Positions 49,565 through 63,613 of a stretch of 64,000 bases of DNA are shown piece after piece. Made by a program: the position numbers and the translations under genes. The first letter of the stretch is position 1. Every line of letters starts with the position of its first letter. Where the stretch lies: positions 1 to 64,000 of the forward strand of contig JAUGWO010000127.1 in assembly GCA_049724395.1 (NCBI GenBank). The letters are read 5' to 3'. The notes below the pieces were generated by a model. It had not been told where the DNA came from and did no database searches. It saw only the letters and a program-made list of their open reading frames with translations. The stretch is from Spongospora subterranea f. sp. subterranea (taxonomy: Eukaryota).

Positions 49565-50923
49565 ATGGTCATGGCAGGGTCGGAATCGGGAATTGCCACA
49601 GGTGGGATTGAGGGCGCAATCATTCGAGCCGAATCGGTTCGCGCTATCTGTGAGCAATGCCTGACCACAGACGCCACCGGCCCGATTTTAGATCTCTCCC
49701 TTTGCGAGGCAGTGGCTGCAGAAGTGGAATATCGCATTCGCCAAGTTTCTCAAGATGCACTGAAGTTTATGGCTGCGTCACGACGTACGCGCATGACATG
49801 TGCAGATATTGATAGCGCATTGCGTTTGAGGAATGTTCCTGGCCTCTATGGTTTCAGAAATTCATCCTCCCCAATCACATTTTCTCCCGTCTCTGGTTAT
49901 AGTGATTTATTCTATGTTGCCGATCCTGTACTACCATTATCTAATATTCTGACTTCTCCGCTTCCTGCTGCTCACCCCGATTCAACTTTTTCTGTCCATT
50001 GGCTTGCTGTTCACGGCGTCCAGCCTTGCATAGCTCAAAATCCTTCACCCGACCCGTCTTCATTGCCAGTGCATAATGCAGACAGCAGCGGTGCCCAAGC
50101 AGTTGTCAAACCTCCTGTTCGCCATGTTCTTTCTAAAGAACAGCAAATGTATTACGATCAAGTGACGTTAGGGATTCGTAGTGGAGATGAAGCCCTTGAA
50201 AGGGCGGTTCTCCAATCAGTATCTCGCGATCCTGGCCTTCATCAACTTCTTCCTTACCTGGTCCAATTCGTTGCTGACCAGGTGAACCGGCATCTTCGTG
50301 ATCTGCCACAACTTTGGGCTGCCATGCGCCTATGTCAAGCCTTGATATATAGCCCACATCTTCGTATCGAGTCGTATTTGCACCAAGTTATGCCGCCAAT
50401 CTTGACATGTCTTGTTGGTCGACACCTCTGCTATGATTGCAGCCAGGATCATTGGGCATTACGCGACTATTCAGCGTCGTTAGTGGCGTACATTTGTAGA
50501 CGTTTCGGACCTATTTACCAAACTTTACAACCAAGGGTTACCAAAACTTTGGCCAAAGCTTTTCTGAATCCTGATAGACCGTTGACGACTCATTATGGTG
50601 CTATTCGTGGGCTGCAAGCGCTTGGTGACAACGTTATTCGTTTGCTGGTCCTTCCTCATGTCCCGCTATTTCATAAAATCCTGCAACCTGAGCTGTTGAA
50701 TGCCACAAATCCTGCGAAACGATTAGAGGCAGAGCAGTGTCAAGGAGCATTATTGCAGGCGTGTGGTGTTTATGTACGGAACCAAATGAAATCACAATCG
50801 GATCTGGAAGTTGACGATGGCACAGTTCAACTGCTGGAAGACCTCAATTGTCTTTTCGGAGAAGCGTTGCACCCCTATCTCATCATCTCAAATGAGGATA
50901 TATTCTCGACAGCGCAGATCTAA
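49565..50923 (+). CDS. TAF6: TFIID subunit 6
   Basis: Histone fold EVEYRIRQVSQDALKFM, HWLAVHGVQP, HVLSKEQQMYY, DPGLHQLLPY, HWALRD. Confidence 0.95.
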   Translation: MVMAGSESGIATGGIEGAIIRAESVRAICEQCLTTDATGPILDLSLCEAVAAEVEYRIRQVSQDALKFMAASRRTRMTCADIDSALRLRNVPGLYGFRNSSSPITFSPVSGYSDLFYVADPVLPLSNILTSPLPAAHPDSTFSVHWLAVHGVQPCIAQNPSPDPSSLPVHNADSSGAQAVVKPPVRHVLSKEQQMYYDQVTLGIRSGDEALERAVLQSVSRDPGLHQLLPYLVQFVADQVNRHLRDLPQLWAAMRLCQALIYSPHLRIESYLHQVMPPILTCLVGRHLCYDCSQDHWALRDYSASLVAYICRRFGPIYQTLQPRVTKTLAKAFLNPDRPLTTHYGAIRGLQALGDNVIRLLVLPHVPLFHKILQPELLNATNPAKRLEAEQCQGALLQACGVYVRNQMKSQSDLEVDDGTVQLLEDLNCLFGEALHPYLIISNEDIFSTAQI

Positions 50924-51161
50924 AGGCTTCAGAAACCAAGGCACACACAATTCAAATATTAAGTTAACGTACGTCTTTATTGGGGGCTAAATATGTTTAT
51001 TATTACTACATACAGTCCATATTGATAAACGATTCATCGCCATTATCTCCCGTCTGTTTCTTGTAAATAAAACCTATCTGAGAGGCTACATGGTGCCGTC
51101 TAAAGCACGTTCCGTTAGGGCAATGCAGCAAATTCCACTCGCACCAATATGAGATTGATAA

Positions 51162-51884
51162 TTAAAAATACAATCTGTGTATATCACCAATATTTAAATT
51201 TGCATTACATGAAGGACACCGCCTATGGATCCGAACAGCTTGCTGTATACAAGAGAAACAAAACTGTTTTACAACGGTTAGAAAAATCAATGCCGACGCC
51301 AATGAACCTTACAATGTGGCCGCAGACGGAGCTGGCAGCCTCTAAGATGCTCTCTAAACATATAGGACAGGATAGTCGCCTGGCTCGGTCGAACTTCTCA
51401 TCATCACTTGTGTCTATGGTCAGGTCAATAGGAGCTGACCTGTTAGACCTGGTTATCCTTTCTTCAATGATTTCGATATCATCATCACCATCGATTATGA
51501 CAATATCTGGAGTGGCTCTGGCATTTTTCCTGCCATTGGAAACGACCTCTGTTCTAGATGACTTGGAAACTTTCGCTTGACGCAGGGGAATCGACATACC
51601 AAGTTAGACAAATAGTCGATATTGGTAGGAAAGAAGCTTGAAAACAGGAGCCGTCTTAAATTGGACAGGATAAGTTTTGTGGCGTTACTGATATCAGAGA
51701 AAGAACGCCAACCTGGAATCTGATAGCGCCGCGTGACTTTAGACAATGAGATGGTGAAGATACCTAACGGTGTGATGACGGTTGCCTCCTTCAAGTCCCC
51801 AACCTTTTCTCCAACTGTCAAGTCAACTACAAAAGCTGCACTGCTCCTCCAATCAATGTGCCGGAATGTGAAAGGCCGCGTCAT
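51162..51884 (-). CDS. RNF4/Slx8-like SUMO-targeted RING ubiquitin ligase (start approximate)
   Basis: SIM-like VVDLT, IVIID, IEII and PIDLT; spliced RING CPICL..CGHI|FCFSCI..CPSC ending IHRLYF. Confidence 0.8.
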
Positions 51885-52127
51885 TGCTAGACGAGGCCGC
51901 TCACCGATCATCTGGAGCGAACTCCGTTGCGTCTTGCGACATTTAAGGACCGGAACAATCTTTGTTGGACCAGAGATTGTTGTCAAACACGTTTAACCTC
52001 ATTGGGTCGCAGTGAATTCGAGGATTGATTATTTCGTGCCAGTTACAATACGAAAGCGAATCCATCTACTATAAATTTGATACAACCCACGAACAGGTAT
52101 TACTAGAAGTTACAATAGAATATGATA

Positions 52128-54546
52128 TTATCTGATTTGGTTCTTCGAGCGTCTTGGGGTGATCTCGAATTCGTCTTGGTCGTCAACACGGCGTTTCTTT
52201 CCAGATATTGCCTCAGCAGTACTGTGCTTAGCCGTCTTTTCGCGCAACTCGTCCACAGACTCGCTTTTGTTCGCAAACCCTATCACGAGATGACGTCCGT
52301 AAGAGATGAGTTGCGGCAAGATTGGTTCTGGCGTTCTCAGCTTCGGTTGCGGACGAAAATTCAACGAATGCGAAACCTCTATGGCCGCCACCAAACTTAG
52401 TCGGTATTCGACAGGATTTAACCCGGCCAAACGTCTGAAATAGATCCCGAAGCTCCTTACTACTTGCCTCAAATGGCACGTTTTTAACCACAAGTTTCGT
52501 GCGGCAGATATTTGAGATTTCTGTCAAGGGGTCAGTCTTCTTGCGAACGACTCTGGACTTTGTCGATGCGATGGAGGATTGGGATAGCAGGAGAGCATGC
52601 CCATCTAGATGAATGTTTTGCTTGGTTTTCAACGCCTCCAATGCCGCTTCACGGTTAACAAACTCAATAAAACCGTAGCCTCTTGACAATGTTTTACCAT
52701 TCTCGGTCCTTTGAGCAATTTTGACACTTCGAATGTCGGGCCCGTTTCCGAATACTTTTTTAACATCTTCGGAGGTCGAAGCAAAATTGAGATTCTTAAC
52801 AAAGAGGGTCGCTTGAGCAGATCCAGGTTCTTCATCAACAAGATCTTTGAAATCGGGGGCAATTTCATGAGGCTCGGATCGTCGAGGAGCGTCGTCAGTC
52901 CAGACATTATGAGGAGCCCATTCAAGGTATAGAGGAACGTGTCGAAATTTGGAGTAAGCCAACGATGAAAAAGCACGGCGGGCCGAAGGACTGGACGACA
53001 TTTCAATCAAAGCTAGCGCTCTGGTTGGCGGTAATACGCATCGAGCAACTTGCCCAAATGGATTGAAAAGGGCTTGAATATCGGAATCGTCACAATCAAA
53101 CGGGATATTCTTGACAATAATAACGGTGTCAGACCGTTTTCCGCGTTCGCCGTCGAATGCGGCAATGTTAACCCCAGCTTCAGAGGACAGCCACTCCTTT
53201 GTCTGGGCGATGACAGATGTTTCTGCCAGCGCTAAATTAACGGCCATGTTGTCTGCACCAGGAGCGAACATATCCGATTTGCTGATAAGTGCACCTGTCA
53301 AGGCAGCTTGAGCGGCGGTGTCGCTTCGAACAAACAGAGAATTCCAATTGTGACTTGATGCGGCATTTGCCTTACGTTCTTTCTCGATTTTCGCTTTGTG
53401 TGTTGCTACTCCTTTTCCATCTTGAACTTCGGTTGGCTCAGGTTTTGCCTGGCCAGGTAGGCAATGCATCAGTCGACCTTGAAAAACTTGGCCGTCCATC
53501 TTAGTCATAGCTCGCAAAGCGCTAGCCCCATTGGAGAATTGAACCATTCCGTATCCTTTGCTTCTTCCCAAATCGTCAACTGGTACATTAACCTCAAGTA
53601 GATCTCCGAAAGGGCGGAACAGCGCGGATAGATCCGCTTCTGTCACTAGGAACGAGAGATTCCTGACAAACAGTCTCGCCGTATCACATACGTCAACAAT
53701 ATCCGAGTTCTTGGCGACATTCCCAGAGACAGCATCATCAACCTTGACGGTTATAGGTTCAGGTTCAACAGCATCAACTGAATCTTCCAAATTCACATCT
53801 TCCTCATCATCAGTGACAGCAGCCCCTGCCGCCGCATCACTACGGTCGACGACCAATTCGGTCATCTCAGGGTTCTGAAACGCTTCATCATCCGAATCAG
53901 AGTCGGAATCGAGGCGCTCCTCCACTGGAGTCTGGTCAAATCTCCGATGCTCTTTTCTTCAACAAAACTTGCTCTCCTCCTCTTTTTTTGCTATTGACAA
54001 CCTGACAAGTGTCATTATCCCAGAATTTGCCCTGATTTCTTGATTTCATCGCTGAAATAAACTATCGCAAGGTTAGCGACAGACACACAAATATAGACGT
54101 TTACCGACTTCGGAAAACTTTTCACTGTTAGCTGTTGAGCTATCATCCGTTTTGTGTTTGGATACGTTAGTTGGAGTTTTGGCAGCAACTTTGGGGAGTA
54201 AAGCAGGATATTCCTCAGGGTGCAGTTTCTGATGGGTTGAGCTCCCTTTGGAATATCGACTCCACGGCCGATCAAGCTTGTTATCGCCAACTGGCAGAGC
54301 GAACTCCACCGAGATCCGACTCGTGTCAAGGAAGGTGTTGTTGAAATGAGCTTTAGCTTTAGCTGCATCTTTGGTGGATTGAAACCCAATAAACCCAATC
54401 TGTCGCGATTGTCCGCTCTTATTTTTGATTACTTTTGCATCAGTTACATTGCCGATTGCTGCAAACGCATCACGAAATCGATCAACCGTGATGTGCTTTG
54501 GTAAATTTTTTACGCAAAGGCGAGAACCTCGATGGGATTCAGCCAT
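52128..54546 (-). CDS. MRD1: Multiple-RRM pre-rRNA processing protein; apparent 1-nt frameshift near 52300
   Basis: SRLCVKNLP, HNWNSLF, LALAET, PLYLEWAP, ATHL(Y)GRHLV; five RRMs. Confidence 0.93.
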
Positions 54547-55343
54547 TGCTGTCAATTTGGATTCTGTTGAAGCGCGGACTCCGCCGCGGTGTCCGAGTCT
54601 GCGGAGAAGAATTGGCCAAAATGGTTGAGGTTACCGTTGCGATGATGTTCAGTTGCTGTTGATCTACATTCCTTGCGATTCCCTGATAATTGGTCTTTCT
54701 ATGTCACTTATTGAAGCGTGAATACCAGATTACGATGTTGTGTATAAAATTCCTTCAATTTCTCCATACTTTTATATATAGTTTTCTATAATATTTGGGC
54801 TCTGGTAACTGCAATCCGACACTGTGAAACTGCAGTTATTTCCAGTGCTTATTTTGCAGAAAGAGCGCACTCAGATCTTGTTTTCATCCAACGGGTGCCG
54901 AACTAGGTTGATGATTTTGGTGAAGGTTGATTGTCCCGAGACAGTGCAATTGTGGCTTAGTGGCCAGGCTCGAACCCGGTCTCCAGGGCTGGCTATAATC
55001 GACTATAAGGGATGACCGAATGAAGCGACCGGGTGGGCCACCGGTGACTGTCGTCACAGTGGCGCAGCCCATGACCCCATGTCACGGATAGATCATTTAT
55101 ATTTGGGGGACAGAGGCAGGTAAACCAGCAGGGCAGACAGGACACTGAACACACTTCTTATATTGACCTATACCCACTTAGTCTGCTCCCAGTCTTTACA
55201 TTACTAGCTTTGCGCCATCCCCACTTCGCCATCCCCACTTCACCATCACCCGATAATCACCTCGTGTACCCATCGAATTTTTACATATTGCAATCATAGT
55301 CAGAAACCGGGCGTCTGACTCCCACAAAGAAAACTTTCACGCC

Positions 55344-56622
55344 ATGGGCTGTGTCTCATCGGCTAACAGGCACGTATCAGATGTTTCCCCTAAGGCAGGA
55401 AAGGATGATGCCAGCGGTAAGCCGTCAGCGTCCGAGGCTGCTGGCTCCCAGCCAAATGATGATGACAAAGTAGGCAAAGCATTCCAGTAATATATCAGTT
55501 TGCGATAACTGAGCCCGATAATAATTTCAGATAGAAAACGCCAGTGTGCAGCGGCGCAGGTTATCTGTTGCTCCATTGCTAGTCGGCGACGTTGAAGGTA
55601 AAAAGGATCACCCCATCTGTTGGTAAAAGCAGGAGGTAATCGCATTGGTGATGTGGTCGAGTAGTTAGCTTATTTGCACGATAATTAGGATGTCGTTCGG
55701 TTTCGACCCACCTCAAGAACATGAAGACCTAGCTCGGTCAGCCGTTGAAACCCCTTCTTCGATCTCTGCACAGTCATGGGTCGCTTTATCAAAGAAAGGA
55801 TATGTCCCATATAATCGCAAAAAGATGAATCAAGATGCCTATTTCGTAGCCGAATCCTTCATAGAGGGTGTGAGCCTATATGGTGTCTGCGATGGTCATG
55901 GAGAGTTCGGCCATCACGTATCAGCTTTCTTCAGAGATAATATTGTCCGCTGCCTTTCAGCAGAAAAGGACCTGAAAGAATCGCCGAGCGATTGCATCAT
56001 GAGGGCAGTGCAAAGACTTTGCTCTGATTTGTCAGAAACACAGATCAATGTCTCGTTTTCTGGGACAACAGCTGTTTTCGCAATCCGTATCGGGCAGACA
56101 ATTATCGTCGGCAACGTTGGCGATTCAAGATGCATTGTCTTGCAACGCTCTGGTAAAGAGCTTATTCCTATTCCCTTATCGAGAGATCAAAAACCTGACG
56201 ATCCCGATGAGAAAAAACGAATTCTGGCTGCGGGGGGTCGTGTTGAGCCTCTTCCCGGCCCAGCTAACGAGGACATGGGTCCATGCCGAGTATGGTTGGC
56301 AGAAATCGATGTTCCAGGGCTGGCAATGTCGAGATCTATAGGCGATGAAGTGTCACATACAGTTGGAGTCTCATCAGATCCTGAAATCCGAGTGTATACC
56401 ATAAGCGAGTCTGATCAGTTTCTGGTTCTCGCCTCTGATGGTGTTTGGGAGTTCTTGACAAACCAGCAAGTCGCCACTCTCGTAGCAACCTGCGCGGATG
56501 ACATGGAAGCGGCTGCAGCTTCTGTGGTGCAAGAATCAACAAAAAGATGGCAGGAAGTAGAAGAAGTTATTGACGATATTACATTTGTTATTCTACAACT
56601 ACAGCCAATTGCAGTTGTATGA
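55344..56622 (+). CDS. PP2C/PPM phosphatase with N-terminal MGC acylation motif
   Basis: NQDA, CDGHG, SGTT, NVGDSR, PGLAMSRSIGD, LASDGVW, DDIT; 5' exons inferred. Confidence 0.9.
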
Positions 56623-57050
56623 CCATAAACATGACGTTATTATGAGACTCCCAATGGCAATGATGTGAAATGATTGTTCAGGCAAATCAGCTTCATGTCA
56701 AATCGCTTCACGGAAGATGCTCCTAATTTTTTTTATCGAAAGCTACTTTTCTCAATACAGTATTATCGCTTCACTTAATCTTTAAAAGGTGTCAAGAAGT
56801 GATAGAAAATGTGCCTCGGAAAAACGACAGCCATGAGTTAAAATAGCCATTAGCCTAAAATGCTCACCTTCCCGTACGTAGTATTCGCCTGTTTCGATAC
56901 ACTTCGGCAACTGTTCGGTTTCCTTCCATTGATTGGTTGTCGGCGTCAGCGGCAGTGTCTCGGGGCCTGAGTACGCAACGATTCGTCGGAATATGGCGTA
57001 ATTTTGACAGCGCTGTACTATTGCTGAAATCGCGGCCAGTATTATTATAA

Positions 57051-58481
57051 ATGGAGTCCATCTGGCTAGCAACCTTATTAACTGCTAAGTCGGCCCGGCC
57101 ATCGATCCCATAGCCATTAATTGTTCAGCTGACAATTTTGTGCATAGTGGTTTGCCGGTTATGAATGGGCCGCCGAAGTTTGACCAAGAAATCGACATTT
57201 TATCTGTTGATGAGGTATCGGTGCTGTGGCAAAACGATCGAACTCAATTTCAAAAAGGGAATGGTCACTCTATCCACCCAAAGGATTTTTTTTCTTGGAG
57301 TCAAGCAAACCCATTATAGTATGACCCTTGGCCACATAAAAGCGGCATCTCCGTCTTCATCTTTATTTTCATCGCCTAAAATTAAACTCGCTCTTCAAAA
57401 CGACAGCGTTTGCCATCTTGTCTTTCACCGTTCAGGTCGAGACCTTTTTTTATCGAAACTGTCTGATGTGATGAAGTTGATGCAATGGCTGGTACGTTTA
57501 CTCGATATTAATTAACACCGCCTCTCTAATCCTGATGTAGCCCATAGCTAATAGCGAACCTGTTAAGAAAAGCTTCACAACGAATTCCGCTGGGATATGT
57601 ACATTGTTATTCTAATTGACCGTTGGCAACGCAAACTCAAACCGTTTCTTTAACGCAGCTGGTATTATAAGATCAGTGGCTCGTGATCACCAAGAGACAG
57701 ATCAAACGTTGGCTGAGGCTTTCAGCGATTTGGACTCTTTGATGGCAAATGCGAAACAAATGGTCTCGATTTTGTAAAATCAAATTTTGCTTCGCCTTTC
57801 TGATACGTACAGGTCGACATGGCGGAACGGTTTCAAGCACATTCTGCACCAATTGATGACCGAGACGAGTTCCAGTCCATTCTTCTTCAAATGGGGATTC
57901 CAAGTGAACCATGTTTGTGCTCTGTAATTCCGTTTTATTGATCGATATTTGGCTTTTTCAGACCCTGTGACAAAAAAATCAGCAGGTTCGGCGTACCATG
58001 TCTTGCTGGCCCGACAGCTCGCTGATTTCCTGGTTAAGGCCTTGGAGAACTCGTATGGGATGTTGATGCTTATCGATGTGTACTGTATGTTTAATCGCGC
58101 TCGGGGAACAGAGCTTATATCTCCTGATGATCTATTACATGCGTTAGTTTCAGGTGAATTCCCTAGATGCTGGATTGAGTTTTTTGTTGCAGATGTCGTC
58201 TTTTTACAGAGCTGAACTTTGCACTAAAAGTTCGGGAATTCAGTTCTGGGGTTCTGGCAATTCAGGGGCCCACCCATGACGATAAGCGAATGACCCAGAC
58301 GATTTTACAGATAATAGATAGTCGGGGACCCATCACTGATATTCAACTATCAGGATTGTTGAGTATTTCCATTATCGTAGCAGCCGAACACCTTCACAGC
58401 GCTGAGAACGCTGGAGCTCTATGCAGGGATACCACGCCAGAAGCAACAAGGTTCTATAAAAATCTGTTTGTTTTCGTGTAA
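57051..58481 (+). CDS. VPS36: ESCRT-II subunit Vps36, multi-exon
   Basis: [54 protein letters not shown]. Confidence 0.9.
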
Positions 58482-58815
58482 TTTTTGTCATCAAGCCCGG
58501 AATTCATCATATGGCGAATGCCTCAAGATAGGAAACTTGGTATCGATCTCCCCACCCAATATCCGCCCATCATTATATGGAGCTGTCATACTATCCCATC
58601 TCTCTGCCGCTCCGCCGGTTGTTTCCCAGACATGATAGAGAGCCTGATTATGCGCGCAGTTATTTTACCTGGATATCGATCGACCCATATTTACACCACG
58701 TTATATTTTGTAACTTGTCCTCTTCTCTCGCCTGTATCTCTCGGTCAACTTGGTCAAGTCCGCACCTCTCACATCTCTAAAGGTGGTGCAGAAATAATAA
58801 TATTGAGCGAGAAAA

Positions 58816-61800
58816 ATGGACCGAGAGGGGCCGCCGTCCGATACGCCGGCACCAATCCCTCCAAATTTACAGCCCACTCCTGCACGAAGGTTGTTTGGCA
58901 ACATGCAGCCTAATATGCAATATACTGCTATGATGGCTGCTCGAAGTCGTGTCGCTGCAGGTCCGCGACCACCACTTTTTGATGCATCAAACCGTCCCTC
59001 TGGTTTGCTGCCAGGTTATCCGCCGGGTCGTGGCTTGCCGATGATTCCGCCGCCGCTTAGAAGGAGAGGGAATGGGGCTCCACTACCAAATCGCTCCCAT
59101 CTGTTTCAGGGGCATGTACCACAAGGACGAGGAACCCTATTAAATAGACCAGGAGGCATGCCACAATTGTTTCAGGACAAGCTCAACCAGCATCAAAATA
59201 GGAGCTCTCCCGCTAGTCTATTGCCCCATCCTGGCGTGTCTAATCCCCCGCCGACCATTATGTCTCAACCCAATCCGGTTTCTTTGCCACAATCTCAGAG
59301 TCAGATGTCGCATCAGCAACCGCCGCAGGCATTACCTTCATCGCAAATTCAGCAATCGCAAGGGCCATCTATGTCTCGTGTCGGTCCTACCGTTTCATCA
59401 TCCACTACGCTGTCGTCACCTTCGATCCCATTGCCTGTCGCTAAGCTACCTGCGACTGCCCCAGTTTCTACATCCTCCGGCTCATTAACGCCTCAGGCTG
59501 TTTTACCGGCTGATACTACACCAGGACCGACATTGGAAATGCCAAAGGTCAAGGATGCTTTAGGCTATTTGGAAAAAGTCAAGAAAAAGTTTTTCGATCG
59601 GCCAAACGTCTATAACCAATTTCTGGAAATTATGAAAGAGTTTAAAGCGCAAACCATCAACACAGAGGGGGTTATTAAGCGCGTGACAACTCTTTTTCAG
59701 GGGCATAGGGAACTTATTCTGGGGTTTAACCAGTTTTTACCTCCTGGATACAAAATTACTGATCCCACGGCGCCCCCTTCAGAACCTGCACCGAAACCTA
59801 CAGTTGAATTTAACCATGCCGTGAAGTACGTTGCTAAAATCAAGGTAAACCAGTGCACCGATTTTTTTTTCAGAGGGTATTAATTTTCTGTAGCAACGTT
59901 TCGAGTCTCGCCCTGAGGTCTACGAAGACTTTTTGGAAATTTTGCATGCATATCAGGAGAAAAGGGCTACAGACCATGCTATTGAGCAAGTCAAAGGGCA
60001 AGTTCAAAATCTTTTCAGAGGGCATCCAGATCTGTTGGATGACTTTAATTATTTCCTTCCGCCTGAAGCAGGAGGTGCTATGTTTCCTGGCGGTATTGCT
60101 GGTAAGCAACCGAAAAAGAAGAAGCAAAAGAAGGACGAGCCCGGCCCACCGGTGTCTATTGTACAACCGACAAGTCGTCGGTCTGAGCCGTCGATCGCAG
60201 TTCCTCCCCGAATGGGGTTACCGCTCGGTCCGTCGACTTCTCCAACAGTTGGGCCGGCTGCGGTTCGCAGAATGTCTGGCAATGTCGGTGCGTTGATACC
60301 GCCTGGTCCCTATGCGACGGTGTCCTACCCTCCTGATTCTAAAAAAGAGATGCAACTTTTCGAAAAAATCAAAGTTTGTCCTTGTTGGTTCGGTATTTTG
60401 CGCTTTCTGATTCTGCTGAATTAGCTTGCTGTGCCGCGCTCTTTATATTTACAGTTGATGCGGGTGTTGAATTTGTTCTCTTGCAACATCGTTACCCGAG
60501 CTGAACTAATGTCGTTGGTTGACGACCTATTCCTTAGACATTCAAAATATGCCGAATTTGCCACGAAATTCAAGGAGGTTCTCGGATATGACGAATGGGA
60601 AGAGAATCAGTTGATGACTCATATGCGATCAAATTTTTACGCCTTCGTTTCTTCCGTTGATTTTACTACGTGCAAGCAGGTAACAATGCGATCTCGAAAT
60701 AGGTCGATTATTTGATATTGTCGTATTTAGGTCACCCCTTCATATCGGGAACTTCCTGCAGAGATCCCGTGCCCTCCTTGCTCTGGAAGAACCATTCTTG
60801 GAGATACCGTTTTAAATGACACATGCATATCGATTCCAACTGGAACGGAAGATCAGGTATGATGTAGTTGGTCAGGGTATGCACTCGTTTTCATAAAGCG
60901 ACGCAGAGTTTCAAATCGTCGCGCAAGAACCAATATGAAGAGGCGCTTTTCAAGGTAGAGGATGAAAGATATGAGATCGATATGATGATTGAGAACAACG
61001 CCGCAGCAATAAGGGTTCTTCAGGTCCTCATCGTTCCTTGCATTGTTATTTCACTAACTGGCCTTGATCCACCAGCCTCTTCACGATCGAGTAGAAACAA
61101 TGAGACCGCTGAGCAAGCAGCTGCTTTCAAGCTTGATGATTCCGTCGACATTTTGCATATCCGTGCCATGGCTAGAATTTATGGCGACGCATGGTGATTG
61201 ATTTATCTTTTCTTTGTCTTCTATGGTTTGTTATAACCGTTTTTAGGTATGATATTGTCCGATTGCTCAAACAGATTCCTGCCACCGCAATTTCTGTTAT
61301 TTTGAGGCGACTAAAACAGAAAGATGCTGAGTGGAGAAGGGCCAGGGAGAATATGAAAAGGCCTTGGCAGGATATTGTCAAAGCCAATTTCCACCGCTCT
61401 CTTGATCACAGGAGTTTTACTTTCAAATCTGAGGAGAAAAAGCGCCTGTCATCGAAATGTTTAATTTTTGAGCTGAAGGATGCGCATGAAAAATCATTTG
61501 AACAAGCGGAAGAAAAGGTCTCAGCATTTGATGTGCATGTAGGCTGTGTCTAATTATGTTCAGGCAACTGGGTTTTCTGTTCTCTCAACGCCTCAGCAGT
61601 CTCGTCCTTTATATACCTACTGCATGAGTTTCACCTTTGACGATGCATCAGTTCAATACGGAGCTCTATAATCTTCTCAGCACTTGCACTGAATATGTAA
61701 TATTAGTTTATGATTTTACATGGCAAATCGGTGACTGTTTATTATAGATCGCTGTTGATGATCGCAAACCGCTACTGTCCTTTTGGACTGAGTTTGTGCA

Positions 61801-63220
61801 ACAGTTCTTCAACACTGTTCCTGAACGTGAAGTCGTGAGTAATTCGGAGGTCAGTTAGTTGCTCTTTCCCTGGTAATGGCCATGTTAATTTCGCCTGGAT
61901 AGGTGAGCACACGTCCTGTTAGGATGTCAATGGATGCTTGGACTTTAGAAGAGATGATAAATCCTATGCGAAGGCATACACGTGAGTCTCATCTATTCTT
62001 CGGGAGTATGCAATTCTATGTATTCTTCAGATTATACCAGGTACACAGCCCAATTTGGCTTGAGTGCCACGTTGTTATCTAACCAACGATCGGTGTTTTT
62101 TCTAGATGTTGTACTCACGCTGGAAAACAAGCCGAGATCTTGCACTTTCAAAGCCCAACGGCGAAGCAGTTTACAGTAAGGTGTTCGAAATTTCCTAAAT
62201 ATTAATTAACACGCGAATTTTTTCCTAAAAGGCCAGTTTAAGGATCTTGTTTTTGCGATAATTGATGGGCACACTGACCAGACGGCATACGAAGACAGTT
62301 TGAGGACTTTGGTTGGCGCCAAATCCTATTCTATGTTCACCGTTGACAAATTGGTGGCCGCCCTTATCAAGCTTACACAATCTCTTACTGTAAACCCTGT
62401 TAATCAACGATTGATCGGTCTATATAATTACGAACATTCGCGAGCAATCGATAAGGAGCAGAATTCTAGGGGTCAGGACCCGCTTGAACGCTCTGCCTTG
62501 ATGGCCCGTATGTACTTGATGAATTGTGCATCGATCATTGAAGATGATGACCATTGCGTCCAAATTGAATATTTTAAGGTTGGAGAGTGTATTGCTTGGA
62601 CTTATACCTCATGACCCGGGTTTCAGGATACTTGCGAACTTGGCATCGGCTATTTAGAAAACTTTGGCAGCTCCGATTCGAAATATTCCAACCCATCATG
62701 CGATCAGTTCCTTGATCGGTATTTGAATTCGTCCAGCAACTGCTCTCCTCCGTTTCTTCGCCGGAACCTTTCTAAGCGAATTGTTAATGACGATATTGTC
62801 ACTCGCAACGGGCTAGAGAGTAAAATTTGTCGCCGAACGCTCAAGGTTGTTTTCTTTACAGTTTCTTGGCGTGTTCGCCGCATTGATACAGTGTTTTCTC
62901 CAGGCCTATTTTATTGAAGGTACTGAAGATATCTTCTATCGCCGTCAGCGGTCCAAGATCACTCGCCCGGATAAACGGCAGCACCGGTTAGTTCAATAAC
63001 TAGCATGGATTGCCAGGGCTTCCTTTGAAGCTGTATTTTTAGATTTGAATCGTGGCGGTTGTCCCAGCCTGCTATTGCTGAAAGATCAGGGGATTCACCG
63101 ATCATGTTCCAAGATCAAAGCCAGACAAGCCAGGTGGTTCCCTCAGACAACCAACCGATTAGTCAGCCAGACCTTGTTCAACACGTTGCCAGTCCGGCTC
63201 AGCCAATGGATTTATCCTGA
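58816..63220 (+). CDS. SIN3: SIN3 histone-deacetylase corepressor scaffold, multi-exon
   Basis: PAH domains ([22 protein letters not shown]), [11 protein letters not shown] and [20 protein letters not shown]-terminal EGTED. Confidence 0.93.
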
Positions 63221-63339
63221 TTCTTGACAATGCATTTTTGGTTTTTAGTATTATAAAGTCTTGATATAGTAGGACTGTATTCAGTTATCGTGTGACTATT
63301 GTTTGATCGGCCAAATTTAGTGCAGTTGCCGTCATCGAT

Positions 63340-63613
63340 AATGTCGCTGGACGATTACAACATAGAGGAACCAATCGGCAAAGGAGCCTATGGAGTCGTC
63401 TATAAAGCCAGACGGCGGCACGATGGCGCTTCTGTCGTGATTAACAGATGAGGCTACAGAATCCACACAACCGAAGCGCAATTGCTCTCCGATTTTGCCC
63501 ATCCCGGAATTATCAAACATTACCAGACTTTTTAGGACCCGGCGTCCTAAACGCGTTGTCTCGTGATGGAATACTGTGATGGCGGTGATCTATCGCGTTC
63601 ATGAGGGATCACG
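63340..63613 (+). pseudogene. NEK kinase 5' pseudogene fragment
   Basis: MSLDDYNIEEPIGKGAYG followed by indels and stops relative to the copy at 29017. Confidence 0.9.

Noticed and set aside
55213..55250. Three CGCCATCCCCACTT-like repeats upstream of PP2C
   Set aside because: Too short to assign a function
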